From Patescibacteria group bacterium (GTDB lineage: Bacteria; Patescibacteriota; Microgenomatia; Levybacterales; UBA12049): DNA of 64,000 nt. This document shows positions 19,548 through 29,700 of this stretch, piece after piece. A program made the translations under genes and the position numbers. The notes beneath the pieces are model-generated. The model made no database searches. It had not been told where the DNA came from and worked only from the letters and a program-made list of their open reading frames with translations. Position 1 is the first letter of the stretch. The number at the start of each line of letters is the position of its first letter. The stretch covers positions 4,098-68,097 of the forward strand of contig DATICB010000011.1 in NCBI GenBank assembly GCA_035457005.1, written 5' to 3'.

Positions 19548-19799
19548 ATGTATTTTGTATACGTTCTACAAAGTATGAAGGATGATAATTTTTATACAGG
19601 TTTTTCAGACAATTTGAAAAGAAGATTGAGCAAGCATAATACAGGTCTTGTCACTGCTACAAAACATAGACTTCCATTAAAACTTATTTACTACGAATTT
19701 TGTCTCAACAAAACAGATGCACTCCATAGGGAGATCTACTTAAAAACATCTTGGGGTAAAAAATACATTAAAAACAGATTATCAAATTATCTCATGTAG
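19548..19799 (+). CDS. Small stand-alone GIY-YIG nuclease
   Basis: YFVYVLQS..FYTG..L.RRL.KHN.G...RE.YLK. Confidence 0.9.
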   Translation: MYFVYVLQSMKDDNFYTGFSDNLKRRLSKHNTGLVTATKHRLPLKLIYYEFCLNKTDALHREIYLKTSWGKKYIKNRLSNYLM

Positions 19800-19818
19800 T
19801 TTTGCGCTGATTGATAAG

Positions 19819-19882
19819 GCCACAGTTGGATAGATGCAATCATCCAACGTGGCTCCGTTAGATGCAAAGCTATCTAACGGAG
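19819..19882. repeat. Tandem pair of related hairpins after GIY-YIG gene
   Basis: GCCACAGTTGGAT..ATCCAACGTGGC and CTCCGTTAGAT..ATCTAACGGAG, both containing TAGATGCAA. Confidence 0.65.
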
Positions 19883-19895
19883 GGGGTGATTACTA

Positions 19896-20108
19896 ATGAA
19901 ATGGTTACATTATGCTGTATATCTTCTTCTTTTCGTAGGAGGCCTTAATTGGGGATTAGTTGGACTTTTTAATCTTAATGTCGTTATGTGGCTTCTTGGC
20001 AGTTGGCCAACAGTAGAACGTGCAGTGTACGTTTTGGTTGGTTTGTCAGCAGTATGGGCATTATTTACCCATATGGGAGACTGCAAAGTGTGCAGTAGCA
20101 AAAAATAA
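19896..20108 (+). CDS. DUF378 family small membrane protein
   Basis: VGGLNWGLVG..VYVLVGLSA. Confidence 0.9.
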   Translation: MKWLHYAVYLLLFVGGLNWGLVGLFNLNVVMWLLGSWPTVERAVYVLVGLSAVWALFTHMGDCKVCSSKK

Positions 20109-20180
20109 GCAGATTGTTTATTTTTCTCGCCCTCTTTTTATGAGAGGGCGGGTTATTTAACGCTATGCTACAATTACCTC

Positions 20181-20843
20181 ATGGATCGCAAACAGTTTTA
20201 CAAACTCCTCCTTCTTCGCTCGGTTGGTAACTTTTTGGTCTTATTTGCACTGTTTGGTATTTTTGCAACAATTGGTCCCGCACTTTTTTACGAAGTCAGA
20301 TTTCAGATCGATAATCTGACCGGAACACAATATGTCGTTGCACAGACGGATGCCCCTAACCAATTGAAAACTATTCAAAACAATCAGAAAGTGTTAATTC
20401 CGCCTGATACCTACTTCAGTATTGTTATTCCAAAAATCGGCGCGAGTTCCCGGGTAATTATTAATGTTGACCCAACCAATGAAAAAGAATATTTGGCAGC
20501 ACTCCAAAAAGGAGTTGCTCATGCAAAAGGTACTGTTTTCCCAGGAATGAATGGGATTAGCTTTTATTTTTCCCACTCAACAGACAGCTTTTGGGATGTC
20601 GGACGATATAACGCAATCTTTTATTTACTTAAAGACATGCAAATAGGTGATGACATTTATATTTACTTTAAAAATTACCGCTACAATTATAAAGTCACCC
20701 AAACAGAAATCTTGGATCCATCGGACGTGTCACTTTTGGTTAATGCTCAAAAAGTACAAGACCAAGAAGTAGTGCTGCAAACATGCTGGCCTCCTGGCAC
20801 AACATGGAAACGGTTTATCGTGATTGCCAAACCAGTAAAATAA
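20181..20843 (+). CDS. Sortase
   Basis: IVIPKIG, GVAH, FSHS, LQTCWPPG..KR (His/Cys/Arg triad). Confidence 0.9.
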   Translation: MDRKQFYKLLLLRSVGNFLVLFALFGIFATIGPALFYEVRFQIDNLTGTQYVVAQTDAPNQLKTIQNNQKVLIPPDTYFSIVIPKIGASSRVIINVDPTNEKEYLAALQKGVAHAKGTVFPGMNGISFYFSHSTDSFWDVGRYNAIFYLLKDMQIGDDIYIYFKNYRYNYKVTQTEILDPSDVSLLVNAQKVQDQEVVLQTCWPPGTTWKRFIVIAKPVK

Positions 20844-20858
20844 GAGTAAACATAAGAT

Positions 20859-21122
20859 ATGTTTCGAAGAAAAGAAGACAAGCTAGCAGAGAAAACGGTG
20901 GGAGTTATAGTTGTTGCAAAACACGAAGATGACGCACGAGAACAAGTAAGACGCCGTGGTGCACAACCAGACTCTGCTATTTATGGAGGGAGAGTGCAAT
21001 CTGCACAGCATAGAAATGGCTGGCGAGGAAGATTTGGGTTCCCATTAAGGGGATCAACTCCGCATCGTCCTCCTGATGGCGGTGGGGGTGGGGGCAACGG
21101 TGGAATACCAATGGCTGCATAA
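20859..21122 (+). CDS. Small Arg/Gly-rich orphan
   Basis: 87-aa ORF MFRRKEDK..., fills the intergenic space. Confidence 0.5.
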   Translation: MFRRKEDKLAEKTVGVIVVAKHEDDAREQVRRRGAQPDSAIYGGRVQSAQHRNGWRGRFGFPLRGSTPHRPPDGGGGGGNGGIPMAA

Positions 21123-21163
21123 AATGTATTGCTGATATTTTGCTAATTTGTTATTATCCATAA

Positions 21164-21466
21164 ATGGGAATTTTTCAACGAGGCCCTTCACGACAAGAAA
21201 TTGCCAGACAAAGACTTGAAGAAGAAGTAAATTTAGGGGACGCTACCGGTTTTCATTTTTACGAACGAGACGCAAATCTTCCACCAGATCGAAGACGACG
21301 TGCTTTTGCAAGACTTATCGAAAGAATGTCTGAAAATCCATTATTGCCGCCCGAAACACGCTCGCAGATGCGACAAAATGCAGAAATCATTAGAAGCATA
21401 CAAGAACAACCTTCTCCTTCACTTCCTCAACGATTTTTCCAACGAATAAGGTCTCTGAGAGAATAA
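21164..21466 (+). CDS. Small Arg-rich orphan
   Basis: TTGCTG-17-TATTAT 6 nt before ATG. Confidence 0.6.
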   Translation: MGIFQRGPSRQEIARQRLEEEVNLGDATGFHFYERDANLPPDRRRRAFARLIERMSENPLLPPETRSQMRQNAEIIRSIQEQPSPSLPQRFFQRIRSLRE

Positions 21467-21508
21467 AAGCCTAGCTTTTGCAACCTAATCCTGCTATACT
21501 CACACACT

Positions 21509-21718
21509 ATGCCAAGAGAAAAAAGACACGGAAGAGGAGGCGAACAGTACCAAGGTAACCATAGTCCTTCCAGAAAATCTTGGCGGCGGCGATTGCAGGA
21601 GAGGCTTGGACTCACTCCCGATGACATAGCAAGTTTAGCGGAAAGATTTCATAGCGGTCCTCACGCAGGAACTCATGGTGGTCCCAATGACGGAGGAAAT
21701 AACACCAATCTTAATTAG
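21509..21718 (+). CDS. Small Arg/Gly-rich orphan
   Basis: Extended -10 TGcTATACT 8 nt before ATG. Confidence 0.55.
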   Translation: MPREKRHGRGGEQYQGNHSPSRKSWRRRLQERLGLTPDDIASLAERFHSGPHAGTHGGPNDGGNNTNLN

Positions 21719-21721
21719 TAC

Positions 21722-22042
21722 CTACTCTCTTTCTTCTCCCCACTCAGTAAGTTGACGAAAAATATTTTTTAGTGTTGCACCCTTTTTGGTAAGCGAGTAT
21801 TCAACATGTAGTGGTACTTCTGCAAAGACGTGTTTAACAACAATCCCTTCTTTTTCTAACTGCTGCAACCGAATAGATAGCGTTTTTGGACTAATTCCTT
21901 CAAGACTTCTCTGCAACTGCCCAAACCGTTTTGTCCCTTCACATAAGTCATGCAACAAAAGCATAGTCCATTTGCTCGACATAATTTTTAATGTCTTGGA
22001 TACTGTACAATTTTGGTGATGTTTATGATGCAACGCGCTCAT
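21722..22042 (-). CDS. HxlR/DUF24 winged-helix regulator
   Basis: C.V..KW..RFGQLQRSLEGISPKTLS..VEYSLT. Confidence 0.9.
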   Translation of the reverse strand: MSALHHKHHQNCTVSKTLKIMSSKWTMLLLHDLCEGTKRFGQLQRSLEGISPKTLSIRLQQLEKEGIVVKHVFAEVPLHVEYSLTKKGATLKNIFRQLTEWGEERE

Positions 22043-22116
22043 ACAACAAGTATACCACATTACTATCTTTTTTGTAAGTACTTTACATAATGAAGTATTA
22101 AGCGTATACTATCTCT

Positions 22117-22740
22117 ATGAATACGACATGGACTACTATACCAACGCAGGAAATAATCGACCAAACAGCCACAAATCTTACCAAAAATGGGTTTAATACC
22201 ATTATTGTTGCCTCGAAAGAAGACGCCAAAGCAAAAGTTTTGGAACTTTTACCGGAAGGCGCAGAAGTTATGACAATGTCTTCTGTCACTATAGATAGCA
22301 TTGGACTTTTTGCAGCCATTAATTCATCAGGGAAGTACAACGCAGTAAAGGCCAAGCTTATGACAATGGACAGGGCAACGCAAGGGCGGGAAATGCAAAA
22401 ATTAGGCGCGGCACCTGACTATGCAGTTGGCAGCGTTAATGCAGTAACTCAGGACGGCAAAGTACTGATTGCCAGTAACACTGGAAGCCAGATACCTGCC
22501 TACGCATATGCAGCATCTCATGTTATTTGGGTCGTTGGTGCACAAAAAATTGTCAAAGATGTAGCAGAGGGGGAAACAAGAATTAACGACTATATTTTGC
22601 CACTTGAGTCAAAAAGATTAGAAAAAGTTTTTCAATTGCCAGATTATAAGAGCAATGTGAGCAAACTTCTTATTATGAGCAGGGAGATTAATCCCAAACG
22701 AATGACACTTATTTTAGTGCAAGAACCTCTGGGATTTTAA
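22117..22740 (+). CDS. LUD-domain (lactate utilization protein-like) protein
   Basis: GSVNAVTQDG, VIWVVGAQKIV, LILVQEPLGF. Confidence 0.85.
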   Translation: MNTTWTTIPTQEIIDQTATNLTKNGFNTIIVASKEDAKAKVLELLPEGAEVMTMSSVTIDSIGLFAAINSSGKYNAVKAKLMTMDRATQGREMQKLGAAPDYAVGSVNAVTQDGKVLIASNTGSQIPAYAYAASHVIWVVGAQKIVKDVAEGETRINDYILPLESKRLEKVFQLPDYKSNVSKLLIMSREINPKRMTLILVQEPLGF

Positions 22741-23372
22741 ACACTTGTATAGACAATCAGCAAGAGTCCTTTTGCGAATTGTACACTCGCTTTTTTCCCA
22801 AGAAATACATTGCTTACGCCACGCGGCTTGCCAAAAGCTAAAGTTTCATTTTTCAAACCATATTGCAGACCCTCAAGAGTCACACCTTTTACATCTCCCA
22901 GTAGGGGAATGAGAGACAGTAAATCTCCCTTTTTCCCAGAAATAGTACGAATTATTGGCCCTTTTTCTATCCACATGACTTGATTGCCGTTGATAAATTT
23001 TACAGAAACTTTACTTGTTGTTGCGAGCAAAAGATTGGCAATAACATGGTCAAACCTATCACCGTTATTTCCTCCGAGAATAGTTATGTCTGTTGCTTTG
23101 TGTTTTATTGCGTAATCTAGTGCCAGCTCGGTATCTGTTTCGTCTTTTTCTTGTGGAAATTTAAGCAATGTTGCCTGCTTTTTCTCAAGTTTTCTCATTG
23201 TTTTAGGACTAACAGAGTCAAAGTCACCAATAACAACGCCTGGAACAATGCCCATGCGAAGCGCGCTTTCCGCACCCCCATCTGCAGCAATAATAAAATC
23301 AGCTTGCTTTATAGCAGACCTAACAAGTGTACTTCGAGAAATGGTTCCTCCCGAGAAAATCACGCAGTGCAT
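22737..23372 (-). CDS. thiN: Thiamine pyrophosphokinase
   Basis: AADGG, GDFDS, EKDETDTELA, GDRFDH, GVSN. Confidence 0.92.
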   Translation of the reverse strand: MHCVIFSGGTISRSTLVRSAIKQADFIIAADGGAESALRMGIVPGVVIGDFDSVSPKTMRKLEKKQATLLKFPQEKDETDTELALDYAIKHKATDITILGGNNGDRFDHVIANLLLATTSKVSVKFINGNQVMWIEKGPIIRTISGKKGDLLSLIPLLGDVKGVTLEGLQYGLKNETLAFGKPRGVSNVFLGKKASVQFAKGLLLIVYTSV

Positions 23373-23386
23373 ACAAGGAATTATTT

Positions 23387-24187
23387 TCAGGAATCAGCCT
23401 GTACCTCATCTAATAGTTTTTTATAATCCTTGGCAGACAAGTGCCACTGACCAGGACTGTACGGATGATCCAAATCGTCTATGAGCATATAAATACCAAA
23501 CGAAAGAAGGGCAATAATTGAAGTGAATATGTAGTCATAAAAAAGCGTTGTTTCGCCGATAAAAAGGGAAGTGAAGACCGTTGCATACGTTGTGACTATC
23601 ATAAAAAGCTTGACTCCCAACGGCAATTTATGCTGAGCATTTTGCAATCTTTTTTCCCTAAAATCCATAATTTTTCGAACCAAATCAAATGCCATGGATC
23701 CGATATTCGGATACTGAGAGTAATCAATATTAAAAACTGTTTCTTCCAAACTAAAGATTGCTAAATCAACCTGCTCAGATCTCCTGCTCAAATTTGTACT
23801 GTACTTTGATTCTTCAAGAATTAATGCTAAGTATGCGCATATCTTTTGTTTTACTTCCTTTTGCACTTTTTGAGAAAAATGACGAGAAAGAATATGCAGC
23901 TGCCGTATTGCGCTCAACTCTCCGTGTGTTGCATCAATCAATTCGTTCCATGTGTTCCATTTTGACTGGATAACAAAACCTGAAATAATGGAAAACATAA
24001 GACCAGTTGCTGAAAAAAGCCAAGGAAGGGGATTATTGCCTTGCATCGCAATAACAGGAGGGAATATATGAAAAAGTCTCACACCAAAAAAAATAAGAGA
24101 AAAAGTAAAGAAGAAAAGAGCTATGCGGAGGAAAATCAATCTGCCATTCATATAAATTAGTATATCTGCTATTCTTTGTGTTCGCAA
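23387..24187 (-). CDS. DUF4239-like membrane protein (start may be 24151)
   Basis: TM hairpins with C-terminal IDDLDHPYSPG. Confidence 0.7.
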   Translation of the reverse strand: MRTQRIADILIYMNGRLIFLRIALFFFTFSLIFFGVRLFHIFPPVIAMQGNNPLPWLFSATGLMFSIISGFVIQSKWNTWNELIDATHGELSAIRQLHILSRHFSQKVQKEVKQKICAYLALILEESKYSTNLSRRSEQVDLAIFSLEETVFNIDYSQYPNIGSMAFDLVRKIMDFREKRLQNAQHKLPLGVKLFMIVTTYATVFTSLFIGETTLFYDYIFTSIIALLSFGIYMLIDDLDHPYSPGQWHLSAKDYKKLLDEVQADS

Positions 24188-24367
24188 TCAAATGCAAATA
24201 ATGCAGCAAATTAAAAACGTGAGCAGATTACCGCAGCATATTCCAATCCAGCACACTACATGCCCAGAAGGACTACCGTTTTTAAAGCTCATTCGCATCA
24301 TGCAGACAGGTTGCGAATTTTTAAATTTTTCCTTGCATAAAAATCATAAACGATATATACTCGCCAT

Positions 24368-24574
24368 GTGCGAATCAGAAGAAGAGACAAGCAACCAGAG
24401 TTAGATCTCGGCCCACTTATGACCAGAGAAGAGCTTGAATGGTTGGGAAGAGCAAATGCAGGCACACCTATTCCAGATGGTTTTGCTGAGGATCCAAGAA
24501 GAACATGGCAACCAGGACAAACAGATCATACAGGCGACCCAAATATACATCGTTGGATTAGGAATCTCCGTTAA
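24368..24574 (+). CDS. Small Arg-rich orphan
   Basis: TTGCAT-17-TATACT 6 nt before GTG. Confidence 0.5.
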   Translation: MRIRRRDKQPELDLGPLMTREELEWLGRANAGTPIPDGFAEDPRRTWQPGQTDHTGDPNIHRWIRNLR

Positions 24575-24623
24575 TTATAGTAATTTTACCTCTGAAATAG
24601 GAAAGACATTTTCGTGGTTAGTG

Positions 24624-24697
24624 GGTGGCCAACGGGAGTCGAACCCGCAACCGCTAGATCCACAATCTAGTGCTCTAACCATTGAGCTATGGCCACC
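24624..24697 (-). tRNA. tRNA-His(GUG)
   Basis: Anticodon arm CTAGA-TTGTGGA-TCTAG; encoded G-1 and C73. Confidence 0.95.
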
Positions 24698-24802
24698 ATA
24701 GATACAGAAATAAACCTGCAGGCCTATTATAGCATTAAGAGAGCACTGCCTCAACGAGCACACTTGCAAATTTTCCGAAAGTATCCTATAATCGGGCTAC
24801 TT

Positions 24803-25033
24803 ATGGGAGCAACAGGTGGTTTTTCTGACGGGAGAGGAAGTTTTCCAGACCGTGGACATCAAGAAAGCACCCAGGGAATAACGGAATGGCATCCACAAAG
24901 AGATCCGCTTGCACCTAAGCGCAAAGGTTGCAGATTCTGGCCTAGAAGAAAACCAAGAAACCCACAAGAACCTCAAGGACCAAGAGATTATACAGAACTC
25001 TATCGAGAGCATGGTCTAATTCCTCGTGGCTAG
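24803..25033 (+). CDS. Small Arg/Pro/Gly-rich orphan
   Basis: TTGCAA-17-TATAAT 10 nt before ATG 24803. Confidence 0.55.
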   Translation: MGATGGFSDGRGSFPDRGHQESTQGITEWHPQRDPLAPKRKGCRFWPRRKPRNPQEPQGPRDYTELYREHGLIPRG

Positions 25034-25680
25034 CTTTTTGGCTTCGCAATTACTACAAACCGTTGTAAATCCGCAAATCCATCACACGTATACAGAATAA
25101 GTGTTTCGCCTTTTTGGGACAACAAAACACTTACCTGGTCAGGCGACACATCAAATGTCTTTTCCACAACATACACATACTGTTTATTTCCCCCAGCAGT
25201 TAGAGTAATCTGTGACCCTGTAGAAAGCCACCTAATGGGGCCAAATCGATCATTCGTATTATGCCCGTATAGTATAATAGGCCCATCCTCCCCAGGGCGC
25301 GCAGACGTATTTAAATGCGATATGCCATTCTCTGCAATGCCCCACACGCCATTACCAATCGCTTCTTCAACAATTGGCAGTTCCATCTGGACACTTGGAA
25401 TACTTACCCATGTCGGCGCAGGGAGTGTTTTGGCAACAACAGGCACTTTTGGTGTAAAAAAAGCAAGCTGAACACCCTCATTAATATAAAAAAACGTGGG
25501 AATAATGACAAGAAGTAGTCCAGAAATAAGAAGAAGTTTGGTCATAAGAGACGTCTTATAGACAAAATTGTGAAATAAAGAGGGAAGTCTTCTCCCTTGG
25601 TATGTGGGTTTTGTGACTTGGGATTTGAGACTTGCGGTCTTGGACTTACTTACTTTCTTTGGCATATTTCTTAGCACCAA
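25030..25680 (-). CDS. Sortase (start may be 25665)
   Basis: VSIPSV, ILYGHN, LILYTC..QR. Confidence 0.88.
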   Translation of the reverse strand: MVLRNMPKKVSKSKTASLKSQVTKPTYQGRRLPSLFHNFVYKTSLMTKLLLISGLLLVIIPTFFYINEGVQLAFFTPKVPVVAKTLPAPTWVSIPSVQMELPIVEEAIGNGVWGIAENGISHLNTSARPGEDGPIILYGHNTNDRFGPIRWLSTGSQITLTAGGNKQYVYVVEKTFDVSPDQVSVLLSQKGETLILYTCDGFADLQRFVVIAKPKS

Positions 25681-26551
25681 GTGCTAATACTACTATACCA
25701 GCTACTAACATGAAGTCCATAACTGTATTTTCAAAGGTACCTGTTCCTGCCATTGTTGATGCACCCAAGACTGCTTGGATTGGCTGACTAGAAGAACTAG
25801 ATCCACCACCAACGTGATTACCACTACAATCGTGTGTTGCACAACCAAGTCCATCTCCACCATCATTTGATCCACCACCATTGGATGGAGTATTTGTTGG
25901 TGTTGGAGTGACGCCAGCATATGTACAGACTGAGCTGTCTGCAACTTCTGTTGCATCGACATTAGAATCATAATTTGTTGCTTCTGGATCTGTGCAGACA
26001 TGTGTTTTTGGTAAGCAATTTCCTTCTGATTGGTAGTCGCCATCTGGAACAGTTGACTGTACGCCATCAATATTTGCACAGACATCTTTTTGAGAATAAA
26101 CACATAAGTCATGATTTGCAACTTCAGTCGCTGGATTAAATATTCCGTCTGTTCCACCATAGTTTATTGCACTATCGTCTGCACAAACTTGTGTTTTTGG
26201 GAAACATTCTTTGTCATTGTTTTGATAATCTCCTGCAGGAACTGTTGATTGAATTCCGGAAATATTAAGACATTGGTCTGATACTGGGTTATTAGATACG
26301 CACCAATCAGAGATACATTGTTTATAATCGTCTTCTGCACTACTACCATGACCCTTAACACAATCACCTGAGTATACAAAAGAACCACTACTATTATTGT
26401 CACTTAATGTAAAAGGGTACTTACCACCATTTTCTGGATGGCAATACTTTACGTCATGATCTGCTGAGACATTTTGAACTGAAGGTCGTACAAGAAAAAG
26501 TCCGCCTGCTAAAGCGAGAAGAAGTCCGAAAACAAAAAGTAATTTTTTCAT
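25646..26551 (-). CDS. Secreted Cys-rich repeat protein with non-canonical MAGTG sorting signal
   Basis: Signal peptide; two C.NI.G.QSTVP.GDYQ repeats; VLGASTMAGTG + TM + basic tail; overlaps the downstream sortase. Confidence 0.8.
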   Translation of the reverse strand: MKKLLFVFGLLLALAGGLFLVRPSVQNVSADHDVKYCHPENGGKYPFTLSDNNSSGSFVYSGDCVKGHGSSAEDDYKQCISDWCVSNNPVSDQCLNISGIQSTVPAGDYQNNDKECFPKTQVCADDSAINYGGTDGIFNPATEVANHDLCVYSQKDVCANIDGVQSTVPDGDYQSEGNCLPKTHVCTDPEATNYDSNVDATEVADSSVCTYAGVTPTPTNTPSNGGGSNDGGDGLGCATHDCSGNHVGGGSSSSSQPIQAVLGASTMAGTGTFENTVMDFMLVAGIVVLALGAKKYAKESK

Positions 26552-26774
26552 ATAGATATCCTATAAAAATAGTTCTATAGGATTAGATGGCAGTATATAC
26601 GAATAAAAATAGAACGTCAATAGGCATTTTGAGGCTAAATAATGACGAATACAAAACATGCTACCTACGATTCTTTTTTTGCTTGTCTTTTTTTAAAGAA
26701 TCTAGTTTAAGTTTCCCTCTTGCATTTAAAAAAAACGAATGCTACTATCAGCCTGACTGTCTAAATTTATTTCT

Positions 26775-29700
26775 GTGGGAAACGAATTTATCAAAAATTT
26801 ATTAACAGTTATTTCTTCTTTTTCGATTCTCATCCAGTCGTTGTCTCCAATCGTGGCAATTGTCCCAACTATAGCACCTGCTACAGCATATGCCCAAACA
26901 GTCACGCCAACAGATACTGTTACTCCAACCCCAACTGATACGGTTACACCAACAGATACGATAGCACCAACACCAGATACTGCAACGCCTACACCAGACA
27001 ATACAACCCCAACTGATACGGTTACACCAACAGATACGATAGCACCAACACCATCCGATACGCCAACCGATGCAGTAACACCAACAGACAATCCAACTAC
27101 ATCACCAAGCAATACTACTAATAACCCATCTCAAGCACCACCGGCAACAGATACTCCAACAGTAACCCCATCTGTTACCCCAGATAATACAACAACATCA
27201 GTAAATGGAACTCTTTCAACAACAATCTTGGACAATGTAGCAGCACCAAGCCTTGATTTGTCAACAGCCCCAACATCCAGCGCAACATTAACAACCAATA
27301 AAGCAGATTATGCACCAACAGACACAGCAGTTATTTCTGGAAATAGTTTTGCAGCAAATACAACCTATGTACTTACTATTAGTAGTACAGATAATCCAAC
27401 AACCAGTACAACAGTAAATATTACTACAGATGCAAATGGTTCATTTACCTATGCGTATCAATTGGATGGCAACTACAGACCAAATTATTCTGTTGTATTA
27501 AAACTTAGTGGTACAACAGTTGCCACAACAACATTTACAGATAGTCCTGCAGTAACAACAACGCAAAACAACGTTGCATGTATGGCAGATCAACCAGGCC
27601 AGAGTGGACTTAACTGTACAGCAAATGATATTTCAGTTGCATCTGTATCTTCTATTACTATTAATGGTCATGGATGTAGATTTCCAGGAGACACAGTTAG
27701 CTTTACTGCGAATTGGAGCATTCAATCGACAGCAAATAATAGATATAACGTAGGACTTTGGTTTAACACAACAGGTGGAACCAGTGCTTTGCATGGAACC
27801 TGTTCTGCAACTTCAATTCCAAGTAGTCCAGCTCCGTTCTTTGATAGTGGTGCTGGAAGTGTCTGCGGAGGCTTAGACAAAAATCCTGGGGCAGGAACAC
27901 TTTCAATAACTCAAACAGCAACATGCAACCCAGATAGCAGTGGATTCTTAAAGCTCCCTTACTGTGCTTCATGGCAACAAAACAGCGGAGCATGTAGCGT
28001 GCCAACAGATACTGTTCCAGGATCTCCTTCAAAGTGTAAGTGTCAGGATGGGTTCACCATTCCAATTACTGTCCCACCCTCAGTCGAAGTTGTTAAATCA
28101 CTTTCTCCAGCAAACGACAGTGGCTTATTTAATCTTCAAGTCAATGCATCATCAAGTGCAACAAATGTTGGTAATGGCGGTACAACTGGAAAAGTAGGTA
28201 TAACAACAGGCGCTGGTAATACTTTTGGGGAAACAGCAGGAACTGCTACATCTCTAAGTAACTACACATCAACAGCTTCCTGTGTATTAAGAGGAACAGC
28301 AACGCCAGTTGCAATAACAGGAACTGGTCCTACGTGGAACATTACAAATGTTACTAATGGTCAAGATATTGTCTGTACAATTACTAATACAAGAAGCACT
28401 GGGACAATTGAGCTAAAGAAGGTCTGGTCTGGAACTGGTGGTCAAACAACTCTTAATATTGGTACATCAGCAGGGGGCACACAAGTGGCATCTGTTCAAA
28501 CGGGCGCGAATGGAGCAACTCCCCTTACTACTGGAACAAAAACAGTTAACGCTGGCACTTACTTTCTCTCAGAAACAGGCGGACTTTCTAATTATACAGC
28601 TGCTCTTGCCTGTACAGATAATGGTAATCCAGCAACGGTAACAAATAGTTCGGTTTCTGTTACAGCAGGACATACAGTTATTTGTACGTTTACCAACACG
28701 CTTCAACAAGCCCATCTTACCTTGGTAAAAACACTCACAAAGGATAACGGCGGAAATGCAGCAATTACAGACTGGACCTTAACCGCAACAGGCAATACCA
28801 ATATTTCTGGAACATCAGGAAATGCCGCAGTGACTAACGCAGGAGTACTTCCGGGCACTTATGCTCTTGGAGAATCTGGCGGCCCAAGTGGATACACAGC
28901 AGGAACATACAGTTGTGTAAAAAATAACGGAGCACCAGTAAGCAGCAATTCTATTACCCTTGCGAATGGAGACAGTGCAACTTGTACGGTTAACAACAAT
29001 GACAATCCACCATCTCTTACACTTGTCAAACAAGTTAGTAATACACATGGCGGCACAGCTCAAACAACAGACTGGACACTTACTGCAACAGGCCCAACAA
29101 CATTATCCGGTGCAGGTGGAGCAACAAGTGGCGCAACCTTTAAAGCAGGGACATATACCCTTTCTGAATCAACAGGTTCTTCGGGGTATACAGCAGGAGG
29201 TTGGAATTGCACGAATAATGTTTCTGTATCAAACAGTCAGATAACGCTTGGTCTTGGACAAACAACAACCTGTACAATTATTAATTCCGACGTTGCTCCA
29301 ACACTGAAGTTGGTTAAACACGTAACCAATGACAATGGAGGTACGAAGGCGCCACATGATTGGACACTTGTCGCAACAGGAAGTGGTGGTTTTAGTGATA
29401 CAGGTGATTCAACAACATTTCATGCAGTAACAGCAGGAGTCTCTTACTCACTCTCTGAATCTGCTATTTCGGGGTATACAGCAGGAAACTGGTCATGCGA
29501 TGGCGGCAATCAAAGCACAAATACTATTACACTTGGTGTTGGGCAAAATGTTACCTGTTCGGTTACTAATGACGACCAAGCACCATCGTTAACATTAGTC
29601 AAACATGTTAGTGGTGGAACAGCGCTGGCAACTGCATGGACACTTACGGCAACAGGAAGCAGTCAGTCTCCAACAAATCTTTCGGGAACAACACCAGTCG

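Noticed and set aside
24435-24769. ORFs overlapping tRNA-His
   Set aside because: Explained by the tRNA and its promoter.
26900-27200. Possible CRISPR-like repeat array
   Set aside because: Repeats are in-frame codon repeats of a TP stalk; no unique spacers or cas genes in the window.
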